A stretch of 64,000 nucleotides of DNA, taken from positions 1,276,057 to 1,340,056 of the forward strand of contig JAAOMT010000703.1 of NCBI GenBank assembly GCA_016748015.1, written 5' to 3'. Of the stretch, positions 27,223 to 40,500 are shown one piece after another. The number at the start of each line of letters is the position of its first letter. The stretch's first letter is position 1. A program made the position numbers and the translations under genes. This DNA is from Geosiphon pyriformis uo1 (taxonomy: Eukaryota; Fungi; Glomeromycota). The notes beneath the pieces are model-generated. The model was not told the DNA's origin. It did no database searches and saw nothing but the letters and a program-made list of their open reading frames with translations.

Positions 27223-28105
27223 GACAATTATGCTAGAATAAAGATTCTCTTGTTTGAACTCTTTTAAAAAAATTTTACACTTATTTCAAAATAAAAATTT
27301 AGAATTTAGAATGAATCAAAGTAGTGTCACAGGAATTGCAAAAAACGAATCAATTATAAATGTCTAAATTACAAAAAATGCTGTATAAATTATATAATTA
27401 GTTAGATTGAATTAAATAAACTTTCAATTTCTATTTAGGGATCTATTAACACCGGAATTATTGATATTTTTAAAGTAAAGTTCTTAATTAGTTTGTATTG
27501 TAAAAGGTAAATTTTTATTTTATTTGATCTTTGCTTTACTGAGTATAATCCAACCATTATGTACAGGTTACAACATGTTCAAACATAGATGTCAATCGTG
27601 GAAATTAGTATCAAAAAACAAAAATTCCATTTTAAAGGTGAAAAAGAGAACACACAAAATTTCATTTCGAGGTGAGAAAATTTTTTGCATTGAACGAAAA
27701 ACTTTATTCTGAGAAAAAAAGAGCTTTTTTAAAATGTTAAGTGCCTATATATTTTTTTCTTCTTTTGATAATAATGACAAATTATTCTATGACACAAATT
27801 ACGGTACTTACAGCTTGGACGGTGCGAATAAATGACATTTTAGTGTTGCACTAATCTTGGCTGAAAAAATAAGGAGGAAAATTAAATGGGAAATACCGAG
27901 CAGCCATAATTTCTACAGAAATTCAAAATTTTATTCTAAAGTAATTTTGCACTCATAAATATTTGGTTAAGTTTCGAAATGTATGTTTCTTATCAATGGT
28001 AATATTAAAGAGCAAAACCACTTAATAAAGAAAATCTAAAATAATTTGACGTTTTTCCTTATTTCAAAAATTTATTGAAAATATTTTATCTAATAATGCC
28101 TAAAG

Positions 28106-28274
28106 GAACAATAACTTGGTCATTCCGCCATCACAAAGAGAAATAAATGTAAATATCGAAACACATACCATTGATGGATGCACTGCCATTTTTTCCCAAC
28201 CATGTTCAGAGAACGTAATTTTTGATTACAACAACAAACCATCACAGTTTAGTCAACTACAACCTTTGCCGTGA
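28106..28274 (+). other. Possible terminal exon of an unresolved multi-exon gene (~27300-28274)
   Basis: GC-richer open frame NNNLVIPPSQREINVNIETHTIDGCTAIFSQPCSENVIFDYNNKPSQFSQLQPLP* after an AAG. Upstream exons could not be assembled. Confidence 0.25.
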
Positions 28275-31047
28275 TTGCTAGAGAATCTTTTCGTTAAAGC
28301 CATTTTTACAATTTATGTTCTAATTTTTCTTGAAAGATACGTTAAACACTATACCCATTGCTATTCATGAGGCCTACTAAGTTAATTTATGATCCCAAAT
28401 AACAAGTAACTATATTTAAAATACACTTAGAATATACAGTTTTCTCGCTTTATTAATTATGTCTCTCAAATTAATACACGTTTATATGAAAATCACAAAA
28501 ATTTTCCGAGAGAAACTATATAATGGCTAAAAACCACATGCTCACTTTTATGCTTAATCCCTTTTAATAATACTCCAGAAAATAAACTATTAATGATAAG
28601 AGAGACTTACCGACAATATCCTTAGAAATGATGGTCGCTATTTTTTTACCATTCTGTCAAATCGCTTTTCGTTTTCCTATTTGGTTATTAGAATCATAGC
28701 AAACGAATTTTACAATATTCGCTATGTACCTTAGAAATATTATTATTTTTTTACCCAAAATTTAACTTTAGTTTTTGTGAACCTTAAATAGCTTTTTATG
28801 GCATTAAAGCTCATTTTCTGCTTGTTTCATATTAATTTCTTTTTCTTTCTTTATTCTTTGTCTGTTTAATACAAAGCATGCCAAAGAAAGCTTTTTATCT
28901 TATGAATCTCTAGAATATTTATTCGAATATCGAATTTTTTAATTCTTCAAAGATTAAGAATTACTAATAAAAACCAATTGTATATACTAACTTATAATGC
29001 CAAACATTGTGTATTTAGGATAACAAATTTATTAATTATTTGGGTATATTATCTTTTACTTAAAGAAAAGTTCAATTAAAGAGATTTTGTGTGTGATTGA
29101 ATCGTTTGCATAATCTCTTAAGAATAATTACTATTGATAGCATTAAATTTTTTTCAGGTGTAAATATTAATGTCATACTATAAATAATAATCAAATATAT
29201 ATAGTAGCTTGCAAGAGTCATTTGCCACTCGAGAAATCTTTTGTCCCAAATAAGAAAAAATGTACATTTATTTACAATCTAACCAATTCGGAGCCGATTT
29301 GCATTCTGTAACATACAAGATAAGTGGCTAAGTCTAATAATTTTTTAATTTTCATCTTCATAAAGCTAGAAAAAACAAGAACAATAAAAGTAGAAATGAA
29401 TGACAAAAGAAAATTATAGCAAGTGCTTATATATTTTAATCTATTTTAATCAGATTAGAAGAATTATAAAGTGGCTTTGTAAATTATGTTTTTATTAAAC
29501 AGACAGTATTTTTTGCAAATTATAACTATTATTCTACTTTTTTATATATGTATTAAGTAAAAAATTATTTTAATATTCTTTTTTTTATTCAGTTTTTTTC
29601 TTAAGCTATTTGTTTTAATATATATTTATAAAGCTAATTACTATAGACATCTTTGTTTTAAGCATAACCAAAGAAAAAAGCAGAAAAAAAATTCATTTTG
29701 TGTTAAAAAAACATAATAGATTATAAGTTTAACAAATTAAACAAAAAAACTAAAAAAAATAATTAAAAATAAAAAAACTTCTTTCTCTCTTATGTCTAAA
29801 ATTCTCCAAAAAACCAATTTTAAAAAAAAAGTTTTTTTGTTTTATTTTTTCTCTACTGTTTTGCTTTTATAAATTTTTAAGACATAAACTTTTTTGTTGT
29901 TACTTTAACAACTACTACTAGTAGCACTATGTCCAAATAAAAATTAGCTAAAAATATTGCTTCAAAGTCTATAAATGGCAGTCTGTTGTAAAAATTTAAG
30001 ATACTTATTAGCAAAGTTAAATACTTGAATAATGAAGCAAATTTGTAGTTTAAAAAGTCTTTATACAATGTTAATCAATTTGAAAACATGAATATTACTT
30101 CTAATAATATGGTAAAAAACTTATTAGTTTTTAATATTGAATATAATACTAACAATAAAAATAAGAGGCCTTTGAATTCTTGAATTAATATTGCAAAAAT
30201 AAAGTAATTTAGATCTGAAAAAATAATGACTTCTTTTTTTAGTTTTTGCAATTTCAGCTTTGATAATAAGAATACATTTTTTTTGTAAACATGTTTTTGG
30301 AAAAAAAATAAATTAATTCAAAAATTGTTAAAATTTAAGTAATAATTCTTATTAAAAATTTTTTTGCTTTGAATATCAATCTCTTAACAGTTAAAAGAAA
30401 ATTAGCTATTGTAAAAGTACATATTATTAAAAATTTTTTTTCAAAAGTAAATAGTTTGAAAAGACTAGTACTTTTTTTAAATTTAAAAAAATTATTAAAT
30501 TTACATTTATATTAGAAAAAAACATGAAAAAAACTGTATTATTAACTAAAAAAAACATAATTGTAAACATTAATCTTAAAAAACAAAAATTTTATTTAAA
30601 TAAGCTATAATTATTAAAAAAAAATTATAAATATACTTAAGAATATAAACAAATAATGTTAATTCAATTATAATTAATTGGACTATTGTAAAAAGTTGTA
30701 GTAAAGTTTACCAAATTAAGTTAAGCAAATAAACTAATAATAAAATAGTTTTTTTTAATTAGAAAAAACTTAATGTATGTAATTAAAGCTGTAAAAAACC
30801 ATAATTTTTAAATATTAAAAAATTAATTTAGAACATTTTTGTTTATTTTACTTATAGAGATAACTGTTTATAATTTAGATATTTTAGTAAAAAAAACTAG
30901 TAAAAAACTTTTTTCTCTCATTCATTCACAAATCCTAAAAAAGAGTCTAAAAAGTTTTTCTTGAAAGAAGTTTTTACCATTCAATACAATATCTCTAAAC
31001 TGTTTCTGTTTGATTACAAGGCCACTGTTGGCCCAAATACTGCTATC

Positions 31048-32841
31048 ATAAAGAAGGCTGCTAAGAGTTCTAGTTCTGGTGATAGTTTTGAGACGGTCTT
31101 ATCGAGAAAGAAGAGAAAGGGAGGTGTTTTGGAAGATAGTTCCAGTAGCAAAAAAGTGGCTTTTAAAGTCCAGGAGAGCCATTCATGGGGTTCAGAAACT
31201 GGGAACACTACTGAGTCTGAGAGTATTGACATGAAAAAGGAGTGTCTGGTGGAGGAGACCAGCTTTGATTTTGGTAAAGGTGGTGCTCTGGCTGGTGGGG
31301 ATCATGATCAAACACCCATGAGCTCAAAAGTCAAAACCAAGAAAGCATTGGGCAAGCCATTAGGAAAGATTGATTTCTCAAAGGATAGTGATGGTAATAG
31401 TATTCTCTCAGATGCTCCTCTTGAGCTCCCCCCTCCCTTGAAAAACTTGGTCAATGTTTCAGTCAGGAAGTCATTTGCATTAGATATTGGCTTGGATAAG
31501 GTGGCCGGCAATTCTTCTTAAGAAAAGCTTGTGGTGGTGAGGAAATTATTTTCTGAAATCAATGGTTTTGGAGAGGCATCTACCCCCTCAAAATTCTCAG
31601 GAATTATCAGAGCAACATTCACTTCCGAATCGAGTCTAATGAAAGCTACTGATAAGGCTGTGAGTGTGAAGATCTTAGTAAACACCAATCTCAAAAAATC
31701 TTTTGGGCAGTCAGATTGGGCTGTGGTCATTAAAGAAATTCTAATTGGAACATCAGCTGAGGCTGTATGCACTGCGCTATCTGAGTTTGGAGTTATTAAG
31801 GTGATCAAGATGCAATTAATCGGGCTGTGGCAGAAGACAATGGTGGAATTCGAGCAATCAGATTAGGCTGATTTGGTCACAGCTAAGTGGTCTATTCTAA
31901 TTAAGAAAGATGCTATACATGTGGCTAGGGCTGATTCAGACAAGAAAGCATGGGATGCAAGGGACCAACATAGGGCGCTGCTCTACACATTACTAATGGA
32001 AACTAATGCTTATGATATTTGGGACTTTGTTAGATCTGTGGGTGGGAAAACGTGCATCATTGATCGTCATTCTGTTATGTATGCTTGGGCCAGGTGTGCT
32101 GTTGTTTGCTTTGACTCTGCTGAATCATTGAATGCTGCTGTGGGAACCATGCCAGTACTTAGAAACACCAACCTCTGCTGGTCTCGCCTCATTTCTGCTA
32201 AATGCGCCAAGTGTAAGAAATTGGATCACACATCATTGGGTTGTGTGGTTGGTGGGAAATTTTCTTCTGGTAATTTGCTGCATAGGGTTTTCTTGGATAC
32301 AGATAAAAGCAGGCTGGCAATTATCTATGCCAAATGCTCGGCTCTAGTTGCCCATCTAGTCTTTTTTGGTGGTCTCTCTTGGACAAAGGTTGCTTGCGGG
32401 TCTTCTTTGCTCTCCCTCTCTAGTCAGAATGTTTTGGTGAATAATGGCTCCTCTTTGGAGATAAAGCCACCCCTACCAGTTATGATGGAAGTTGACAATA
32501 GGTTTGCCATTCTTGAGTGCAGTCTCACCAGCCTCGTGAAGCAAGTTAGTAAGCTGGCTATAAGGTTGAATGCACTCGGGCCAATGGTTCTCCAGCCTAG
32601 CCCTGGATGTCAGCCATTGGTGACCCCTTCATCACAGGATTAAGAAGTGAATGTAGTGATGCATGAGGGTTCGGGTGCATCCACTGGTGGTGGGAATGTC
32701 GTGAAAGCAGTGTCTTTTAATATGTCTTTGGTGTCTAAGCTGGAAGACAGCATGAAATGTCTAATGGAAACGGTTTTGGGCCTTTTGGCCAAAGTGGATA
32801 GTATTGGTGCACATTTGGTGTCTCTACTCCTTATTCAATAA
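31048..32841 (+). pseudogene. LINE ORF1 (RRM-like region, CCHC knuckle, coiled-coil-like C-terminus)
   Basis: ORFs 30961, 31531, 31873 and 32647 are one frame broken by TAA/TAG/TAA. SEFGVIKVIKMQLIGLWQKTMVEF is RRM-like; CAKCKKLDHTSLGC fits CX2CX4HX4C. Start inferred at ATA 31048 (formerly ATG). Confidence 0.85.
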
Positions 32842-35800
32842 GCAGTTTGGTTTGGAAAGTTGCTACGTGCAACATCAGGGGCATGAACAATCTTGCTAAG
32901 CAGAAGGACATTATTAGGTGACATAAAGAAATGAACAATATGGTCTCTATCATTATTGAAACAAAATTGAGGAGTAAAATTTGTCCGTGGATTGCAGATA
33001 AGTTTGATGGTGTCCAAATGTTCACTTCTGGTTTGGACTCTGGTCACTTGGGTGCAGATGTTGCTATTGTCTTGGACGTTTTTTTGGCTCATTATGTGTG
33101 CAAGGTTTCTGAGGTGCTTGGTTGGCTCCTGTCTATTAAATTACTTTTCAAGGGTAAACTTTCTGTATCGATTCTGGGGCTTTATGCTGGTGCCTCTTCA
33201 GTGGTTTGGTTTTCTCAGGCTGGTGAAATCAACTCTCTCATTGTGAAGGCTGTCAATGAATCTTTTTTTAATGTTCTTGGTGGCAATTTTAATGAAAATA
33301 ATTCTCGTAAGTGTGCAGGTTTTAGGAAATGCCTTGGTTTGGGTCTGGCTAATTCTTTGGTCGGAAGCCCAGCTATTAAAATGCCTACTTGGGCAAACTC
33401 TAAGGGTGTTAAAAAAATGATTGACTATGTTTTGGTTTCTTCGAATTTGGTTAATGTGATTATACACTGTGGTGTTTCTGATGCTGGTGAATATTTTAAA
33501 ATAGATCATCAGGCTGTTTCTGTGTCTTTGGGTTTGGGTGGTTTGCTGGACATGCAGTTGAACTCTCTTTGCAAACAGGCGAATAAAGATCGTTGGAAGT
33601 TTAATTTTAAGAGTGCTGATAATGCAAAATGGAACAAGTTCAGAGGTGCTATGGCAGCTAATGCTGCCATGTTCTCTGATGATTTTATTGCCTTCCAGTG
33701 ATTCTTAGATTTGGATGCAATATGAGATGTTGTCCACAAGATAATAGTTTTTTCAGCTGATGAGGTGTTCAAGAAAAAATGGTTTAAGGACTATGATAGT
33801 GTCTTTACTAAGGAATCATCCAAATTTCATAAGTTGGAACTTTTGATTTCAAAACTGGTTAAAGCTTCTTGGTTGATTTGTCATGACGAATTCATTTCAC
33901 TGTTGGATGTCTGGGGTTCTCTTGACAATGATAACGCCCCTGTGGTCAAATTTCTCTTTCTCTCCGGTTCTCCTCTTGATACTGTTTGGTTAGCTCTCTC
34001 CAAGATCAGGAAAACTTATCGCTCACTTAAAATGGCGGAATCGAGGAGTGTAGAGGAAATTCAGATCAAGTTGGCAATCAAAAAGAGGATGGAAAGTTTC
34101 AAACTAAACAAGAGTTACACTATTTGGAGCGTCTTGGAGCACCCTTTTCATAAGGTCGTTTTAGACCATTTAGTGGTAGATGATGAGCTGATTTTGGAAC
34201 CTGGTCCTGTGAAATCAAGGGTGGATGATATCATAGAAGAGTGAACTAGGAAGCATAGGGTGGTTCCCAATGTCCCTGACATGTAGCACCGTCAATATCG
34301 GCCGTTAGATTACATTTTTGATGAGGCTTTTTCTGGTGTTATGCAGCCAATTGAGTTTTTGGAATTGTTTGGCATGGTTTTTGATTTGCCTATTGGCAAG
34401 GCTGCTGGTTTTTCAGATATTTCAAATAAGCTGTGGATGCATAGTGATAGGTCTGTTCTCAATATGCTCTTGGTGCTTCTGAATTCTTGTCTGTCTCATG
34501 AGTCTGTGTCTGGTCCTTGGAGGGAAGCTTGGATTTCGATGATTTCTAAACCATATGAGTAGAAAGATGTTCTCACAAATACCTGACCTATAGCCTTAAT
34601 CGAGACGGCTTGTAAGATCCTCTCTAAGATTCTCTCTGACAGGATATTGTTGGCATGCAGTATTCATGATATTCTTCGTGAGGATAATTTTTCAGTTTTG
34701 AAGGGTACTACTACTCAGACTCCTATTTTTGCTATTGGTTTGGTTGTGGAAGATGCTTTGGAGAAAAATCGGAAACTCTGGCTGGTGTTACAAGACATGC
34801 AGAAGGTGTACAACTCTGTTGGATGGGAACATCTCAAGAGGTGTTTGGTCAGGATCAAAATATGTGACAAGTTTATTTGTTTTTTCGGCAATATTCATAG
34901 AAATCAGACCAATCGGGTTATGATGGACTTTGGTTTAACTAATGGTTATAGTGTACATGATGGATTGGCCAAGGAAAAGTTTTTTCCCCTCTTCTTTGGT
35001 ACATATTTTATGATCCTCTTTTGTGTGAAGTCAAGCATCAAGAGAGTGTGTGTGGGTATAGACTCAATTCCCATTTTGTCTCCAGGAGTAGTCACGCTGA
35101 ATCTCAGGCTGGCTTTTCTACTTTTTTCACTGCTAAGGCCTTTGTTGATAACATGATTTGAGTTGGCAGCAGTCAGACTACTACTCAACATATTCTTAAT
35201 ATTGCTAGTGAATTTTTTCAAATTAATGACATTTCAATCAATAATGACAAAACTGTGACCATTCCTATTAATGCCAGAATCAGCAATCCGTTTTTTTTTA
35301 TTAGTGGTTTACCCATTTCTATAACCAAAAAAGGCAAATTTCATCAGTATCTTGGTATCTTTCTCTTAACTGATGGTCTTTCTAAGCCTAGTTTGGCTAA
35401 AGCACATTCAAACGTTTATTTTTTCAGTAATTTGGTTCTAAAAAAAGCAGTTTCAGATAAGCAGTTTTTGTACCTAGTGTTGACAGTTCTCTAATCTATA
35501 GTCAGCTACAGAACGCAGTTCAGTTTTGTTCCTATTAATGTGTGCGACAAGTGGGATGCTCTGATTCACAAGAGTTTGAAACTTAAATCTAGTTTTCCTC
35601 TCAATTTTTCTAGTAACACAATTCATCATCCTTCCTTTTATGATCTGAAGTCCTTTTCACAATGTCAGTCTAAAAGCAAGATTGCTTCACTTATTAGTTT
35701 TGTGAACTTTTGCAGGGTTCTGGATCAATTGTTTAGTCACAGGTCTCATGACTTGCAAGTTTTGTGCTGGTGCCCCATTCATCTATTGAGTTCACCAGCT

Positions 35801-37516
35801 CGTATCCATGTCAGTGTTTCCAATAATTTCTTGTCGAGTATGGTATGCATTTTTCTTGGATGCAATTTGTCTTTAGGTGGCTTCTTGACCAGCTCTTTTC
35901 GGTTTTGTGATGGAATGCCTATGTCTGCTGTTCTGGGTGAATTCCTGTTTTCAAAATACTTGCCTTCTCTCTGGCATTATGGCATTGCCTTTGTGGATCA
36001 GCTTTGGGATCGTCATGGGAATATTTTTGACTGGTACACCTTTAAGCAGTGAAAGAAACTGGATTCTTGTGGCCCAGTTCCTGAGTGGTTCAGGCGCTCT
36101 GTTGCATTTCTCAGTGGTGCACCTTCCTCTCCATTGGCCTTGAATGGTGTTGGCCCTGTGGACATTTGTGGTTCTGATGGTTTTGTGTCTGTATGTAATC
36201 ATCTTTCTTAGGTTGGCGCTAATAGTTTGTCTGTGTATATGGATGGGTCGGTAAAAAATTTGGGCACAACTGGTTGTAAGGCCAGGGCTGCTGCCTTTTT
36301 TGAGGACATTAACTTGGGTTTGGGTGTCTGTGTTCAGGGTCTGATGTCATCTACTTTGGTGGAGTTGCAGGCTGTAGTGTTGGCTCTAGAATGCGTACCT
36401 GTGGATTGTTCTGTTCACTTGTTTTTGGATAGCCAGGCGGTTTTGGATGCTTGCAAGTCGGAGGTTGACTTGGTGTGTCCTGACTTTTGCAATTGGTGTT
36501 GGGTTGAGCACTGGCATATTAGGAATGTTATATACAGAAAAAATTTGAAGGTTAGCTGGCACAAGATTAAGAGCCACTCTGGTGTGTTGGAAAATAATTG
36601 CGCCGATAGCATTACTGATGCTGTAGCTCTCTCTGATTGGTTTCTCCCTCCTCGTGTGGCTGAACGGTTTTTGTTGGCAGGTGGTGGTATTGTTTCAGGC
36701 AATTCTAGACACTTTGTTCGTGATGTTTTTCGTTCTGTTTGTTGGGCACGCTGGGAGGTCAGTTCTGGTTCTGGGTTCCTAGCTGGTGATTTGCACTCGG
36801 ATATTGATTGGCTTGCCTCTTCCAGAGTTTGGCACTCTGATTTGCATATGGCGACTGGTTTCACCAGCAGATGCACTGCTAATATTCATATTTACTTCAT
36901 AAAAGCCTTGCACCGTCGGCTTCTCGTGGCTGTTCGAAAACATGTTTATAATAAATGTTACTCTAGTGTTTTGTGTCTGTATTGTGGTGAGGTGGAGGTG
37001 TTTGATTATGTGTTTTTTTGTGTTATTGATGATGCGGCTCATCATCGGGTTTTGGAATCTTGTATGTCTTCTTGGAAGGTGCTTTCTGGTCTCTTCCTCC
37101 CTGCTTCAAGCATTTTACAGCTGCTGTCGATCTGTGCCTTGGATTTTCTGGTGTTCTCAACTTTTTGCAAGGGTTTTGTTTTCAAAAGATGGCTTCAGAA
37201 GGCTGTTTTCATCTTCCATGTTCCCAAAGTTGCTGGCATTAAAATTGCTGATTTTGTATACTCTATTTGTGTCGCTTTCAGAAGTGACATTTGGTTGGTC
37301 CATGCTAAGCATTGTGCTTATATGGAAAGAAATGGCCTGATCCTGGTGGATGGCTCAGTTCCTGTCTCAATTTCTGATTTTACTTTGAGATTCTCGGATG
37401 GTGTGGTTAAACTGCTTGGTGTTGCTGAAGCTTTTGGTGTCCATTTTGGCTTTCACAAATCTTGCTCTTTTTTTTCAGGTATTGATGACCCAGTTTCAAT
37501 TAATATAATTGTGTAG
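32838..37516 (+). pseudogene. LINE ORF2: AP endonuclease - reverse transcriptase - RNase H - C-terminal Cys/His finger
   Basis: WKVATCNIRGMN, ETKL, LGGNFN, IDYVL, DHQAV (APE). KAAG, T*PIALIE, LQDMQKVYNSV, FVDN (formerly FVDD), YLGI (RT). VYMDGS, VELQA, LDSQ, KIKSHSG..N..AD (RNase H). CLYCGEVEVFDYVFFC. Multiple stops and a frameshift near 34968. Confidence 0.93.
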
Positions 37517-40500
37517 TGTTGTCCTGACTGGCTCAAATGGCTGGTCACGTGTAGACAGTGCATGATTCACACCTAGTTTAGATCATTTCTTTAATGTATA
37601 GTTCTAAGTAGTGTTTGAATCTCGCTTATTAAATGTTAAAAAAAAAAAAAAACTAGTAGAAAAATTTGTATAATTAACTATTTTTTTGTTATTAATAATA
37701 AAGTTTGTTGTATTGTAATTGGTTTTATGTTTGAAAAAAATTTAAAATTAACATTTTACATAAAACTAATTTTTAGTAGTATTAAGCTTTTTTAGATTAA
37801 ATTGAGTTTAGTTTGTTATATAAAGTATAAATATTTAGATATTTTATTCTTAAATATAATATTACTAATATTATTTTTTTTACTTTAAAAAAAAGTTATA
37901 AAAAATTTGTATTAGATAAAAATTGTTTTTAGTTGACTTATTTTTATGCCAAAAAAAAAGTTTTTATTTTATAATTAGTAGTTTTTGATGATAAGTTTTA
38001 AACCTAGATAGTTTTTTGACTGTTGTTTTTGCTAATTTTAATTATAATTTTTATGCTGGTTTTCTATCTTAATAAAAATTTTTTTTGTCAAATTTGCTCT
38101 TTTCTGTTAATGTTTATTTAAAATTTTTGAAATAGTCTTTAAAGTTTCTAATAGATTAAGTATTTGGTATTTTTGTAAATTAGAAAGTTTGATTTTAGAT
38201 TCTTATATTTTTGCTGTTTTTTTTCTCTTTAAATAAAAACATTGGTTTTTATTATAGAACTAGACTTAAAAATAGTTTGCATAAGTTGTTATCTTTTTTT
38301 AAAACAAATATTTTAGAAACTTTGGGATTAAATATGAATTATTTAAAAGTTTTTACTACTAAGATAAAAAATATACAATTGAAATTAGTTATTTTAGAAA
38401 TTTTAGTTGGTTTTATTTTGGCAAAATTAAATCAAATATATATTAACTTAGTTTTTTTAATGTTTTCTATATCTTAATAAATAAGTTAGTTTAAAAAATA
38501 ACTATGTATAATATTAAAAATATAAACAATTTGGCTAAGCAGAAAAACATTATTTATTGACATATAAATTCTGACAATATAGTTTTTTTTGTTATAAAAA
38601 TAAAATTAAAGATTAATATTAGATCATAGATTATAAATAGGTTTATTAAGATATAAATTTTTATTTTTAATATGGATAAGAGATTTTTAGTATTAATATA
38701 GCTATTATTATAAACAATTTTTTGGTTTAACATGTTTTAAAAATAAAAAAAATCTTAAACTAAGTTATTTTACTCTGTTTTTTGTTTAAAAGTAAACTTT
38801 TAATTATAATTTTGGGTTTATATATTAGTTTTTCTGTTAAAATTAGATTTAATTAAATATTAAAAGTCAATTTTTTCAATTATCTAAGTAGTTAATTTCA
38901 GCTTTTTTATAATTTTGAATAAGAATTTTAATTAAAATAAATTAAAAAAGTGCAAACTTTAAGTTTTGTTTAGAGTTGGGTTTGATTAATTTTTTTATTG
39001 GATATTTATTGATCAAAACTTCTATTTAAGACAACTCAAAAAAAATTAAAAAAATTATTAATTATATTTTTGTAAATAGAGTTTTATTTTCTGCAATTAT
39101 GAATTATAAAATCAATTCTGTATTTGGTTTTTTTAATACTAATTACAAAACAGTTTCAGTTTTGGTTGGTTTAAAAATTTTTTGAATATTTGTCTAAATA
39201 ACATTTACAAATAAATTAATAAAAATTGTTAAAAGTTCAATATAAAGAATGTAAATAATGTCAAATAAACATGTTTTAAAAAGTATTTAAGCTAAACTCT
39301 TAATAACAGTAAATAAATTTGTGTACAATATAAGTTTAAATAATTTAAACACAATATAAAAGATATTAAAAGAGATAATAATAGATTTAACAAATAAAAT
39401 ATTTTTTAAACATTAGTTTAATATATTTAATTATTTAAAAAACAACAGTTATTAAAATTTTTTAAGTTAAAGTTCTTGGTTACTAAAATTGTAAAAAAAT
39501 TTAGTTTAAAAGATAAATTTGATATCAATTATCTAATTTAATTTTGGTTTATTATTAATAATATTAAAGTTTTAAAGATTAACAATATATTTAAAATAGT
39601 TTATGTTTAGTAAATATTATTAGACATTTATTAAAAATCAAAAAAAATTATTAGAAATCCAAATACTGTAAATTAAAGATAATTAAAAATGCTTTTATCA
39701 AAAGAACAATTAAAAAATAAATAAAAAATTTTTTTACAAAATAATTTTAAATTATTTAGTTATTAGAACTATGTTGGTTTTGAAACCAAATAAGATGAAA
39801 TTTAAGATTAATAAAATTATGAAAAAATAGATAAAAAAGTAAGAAGTGTCTTTAGTGCTGTTTAATTTATGGTTTTACCAATATGCTTTTTTAGATTATG
39901 TAAAAAATAATGCTTTTTTGAGTATAATAAATAAGATTAATATAAAAAAATTAGTTCTAATTATTAATGGTTTTTCTAATAATAAAATTACCAGTCTATT
40001 TAAGATATTTAATAAGCTTTAAAAACATTATAGCAGTTTGATAATTAAATATTTTTTAAATTTGTTAAATTTTTATTTGGTTTTGAATAATATTTTAGTT
40101 TTGTAGAAGAGAGCATAAGTTTTGATAATTTTTAAGTCTTATATTTAAAATAGTATTTTGATGAATACTCAACTTATAATGCTAATTAAAACAGCTAAAA
40201 AAATTTTGTAAAATTCTGTTAAATTGGATTTTATTTGTTTATAGTAAATTTGATATTCTTTATAAAGATAATTTCTTAGTTTTGAAAAATATTTCAATTC
40301 AATCTTCTGTGTTTATTATTAGTTCAATAATAAAAAATGCTTTAAAAAAGGATTAAAAACTCTGATTTATATTGTAAAATATGTAGAAAATTTATAATTT
40401 GATTAAGTATTTTTATTTAAAAATTAGTTTAAAACATATTAAGATATATAACTAATTTATCAAGTTTTTTAGAAATATATATAAAAACAAATTTAACAAG

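Larger units (their letters stand above)
30903..37652 (+). mobile_element. Young full-length (~6.7 kb) non-LTR retrotransposon, L1-like, with RNase H, poly(A) tail and target-site duplication
   Basis: Sharp GC rise at both edges. Poly(A) at 37638-37652. TSD (a)n-ctagta[a/g]aaaa at ~30889-30907 and ~37645-37664. Two ORFs with nonsense mutations. Confidence 0.95.

Noticed and set aside
31519-36210. Stop-codon readthrough or an alternative genetic code explaining the in-frame stops
   Set aside because: All three stop types occur at Gln/Trp/Arg positions alongside missense transitions and a frameshift, and host genes end at TAA normally; mutation is sufficient.
31014-37340. Many overlapping alternative-frame and antisense ORFs in the young LINE (e.g. 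36415-36876)
   Set aside because: Expected by-products of a GC-richer, strand-skewed coding region; no independent domains.
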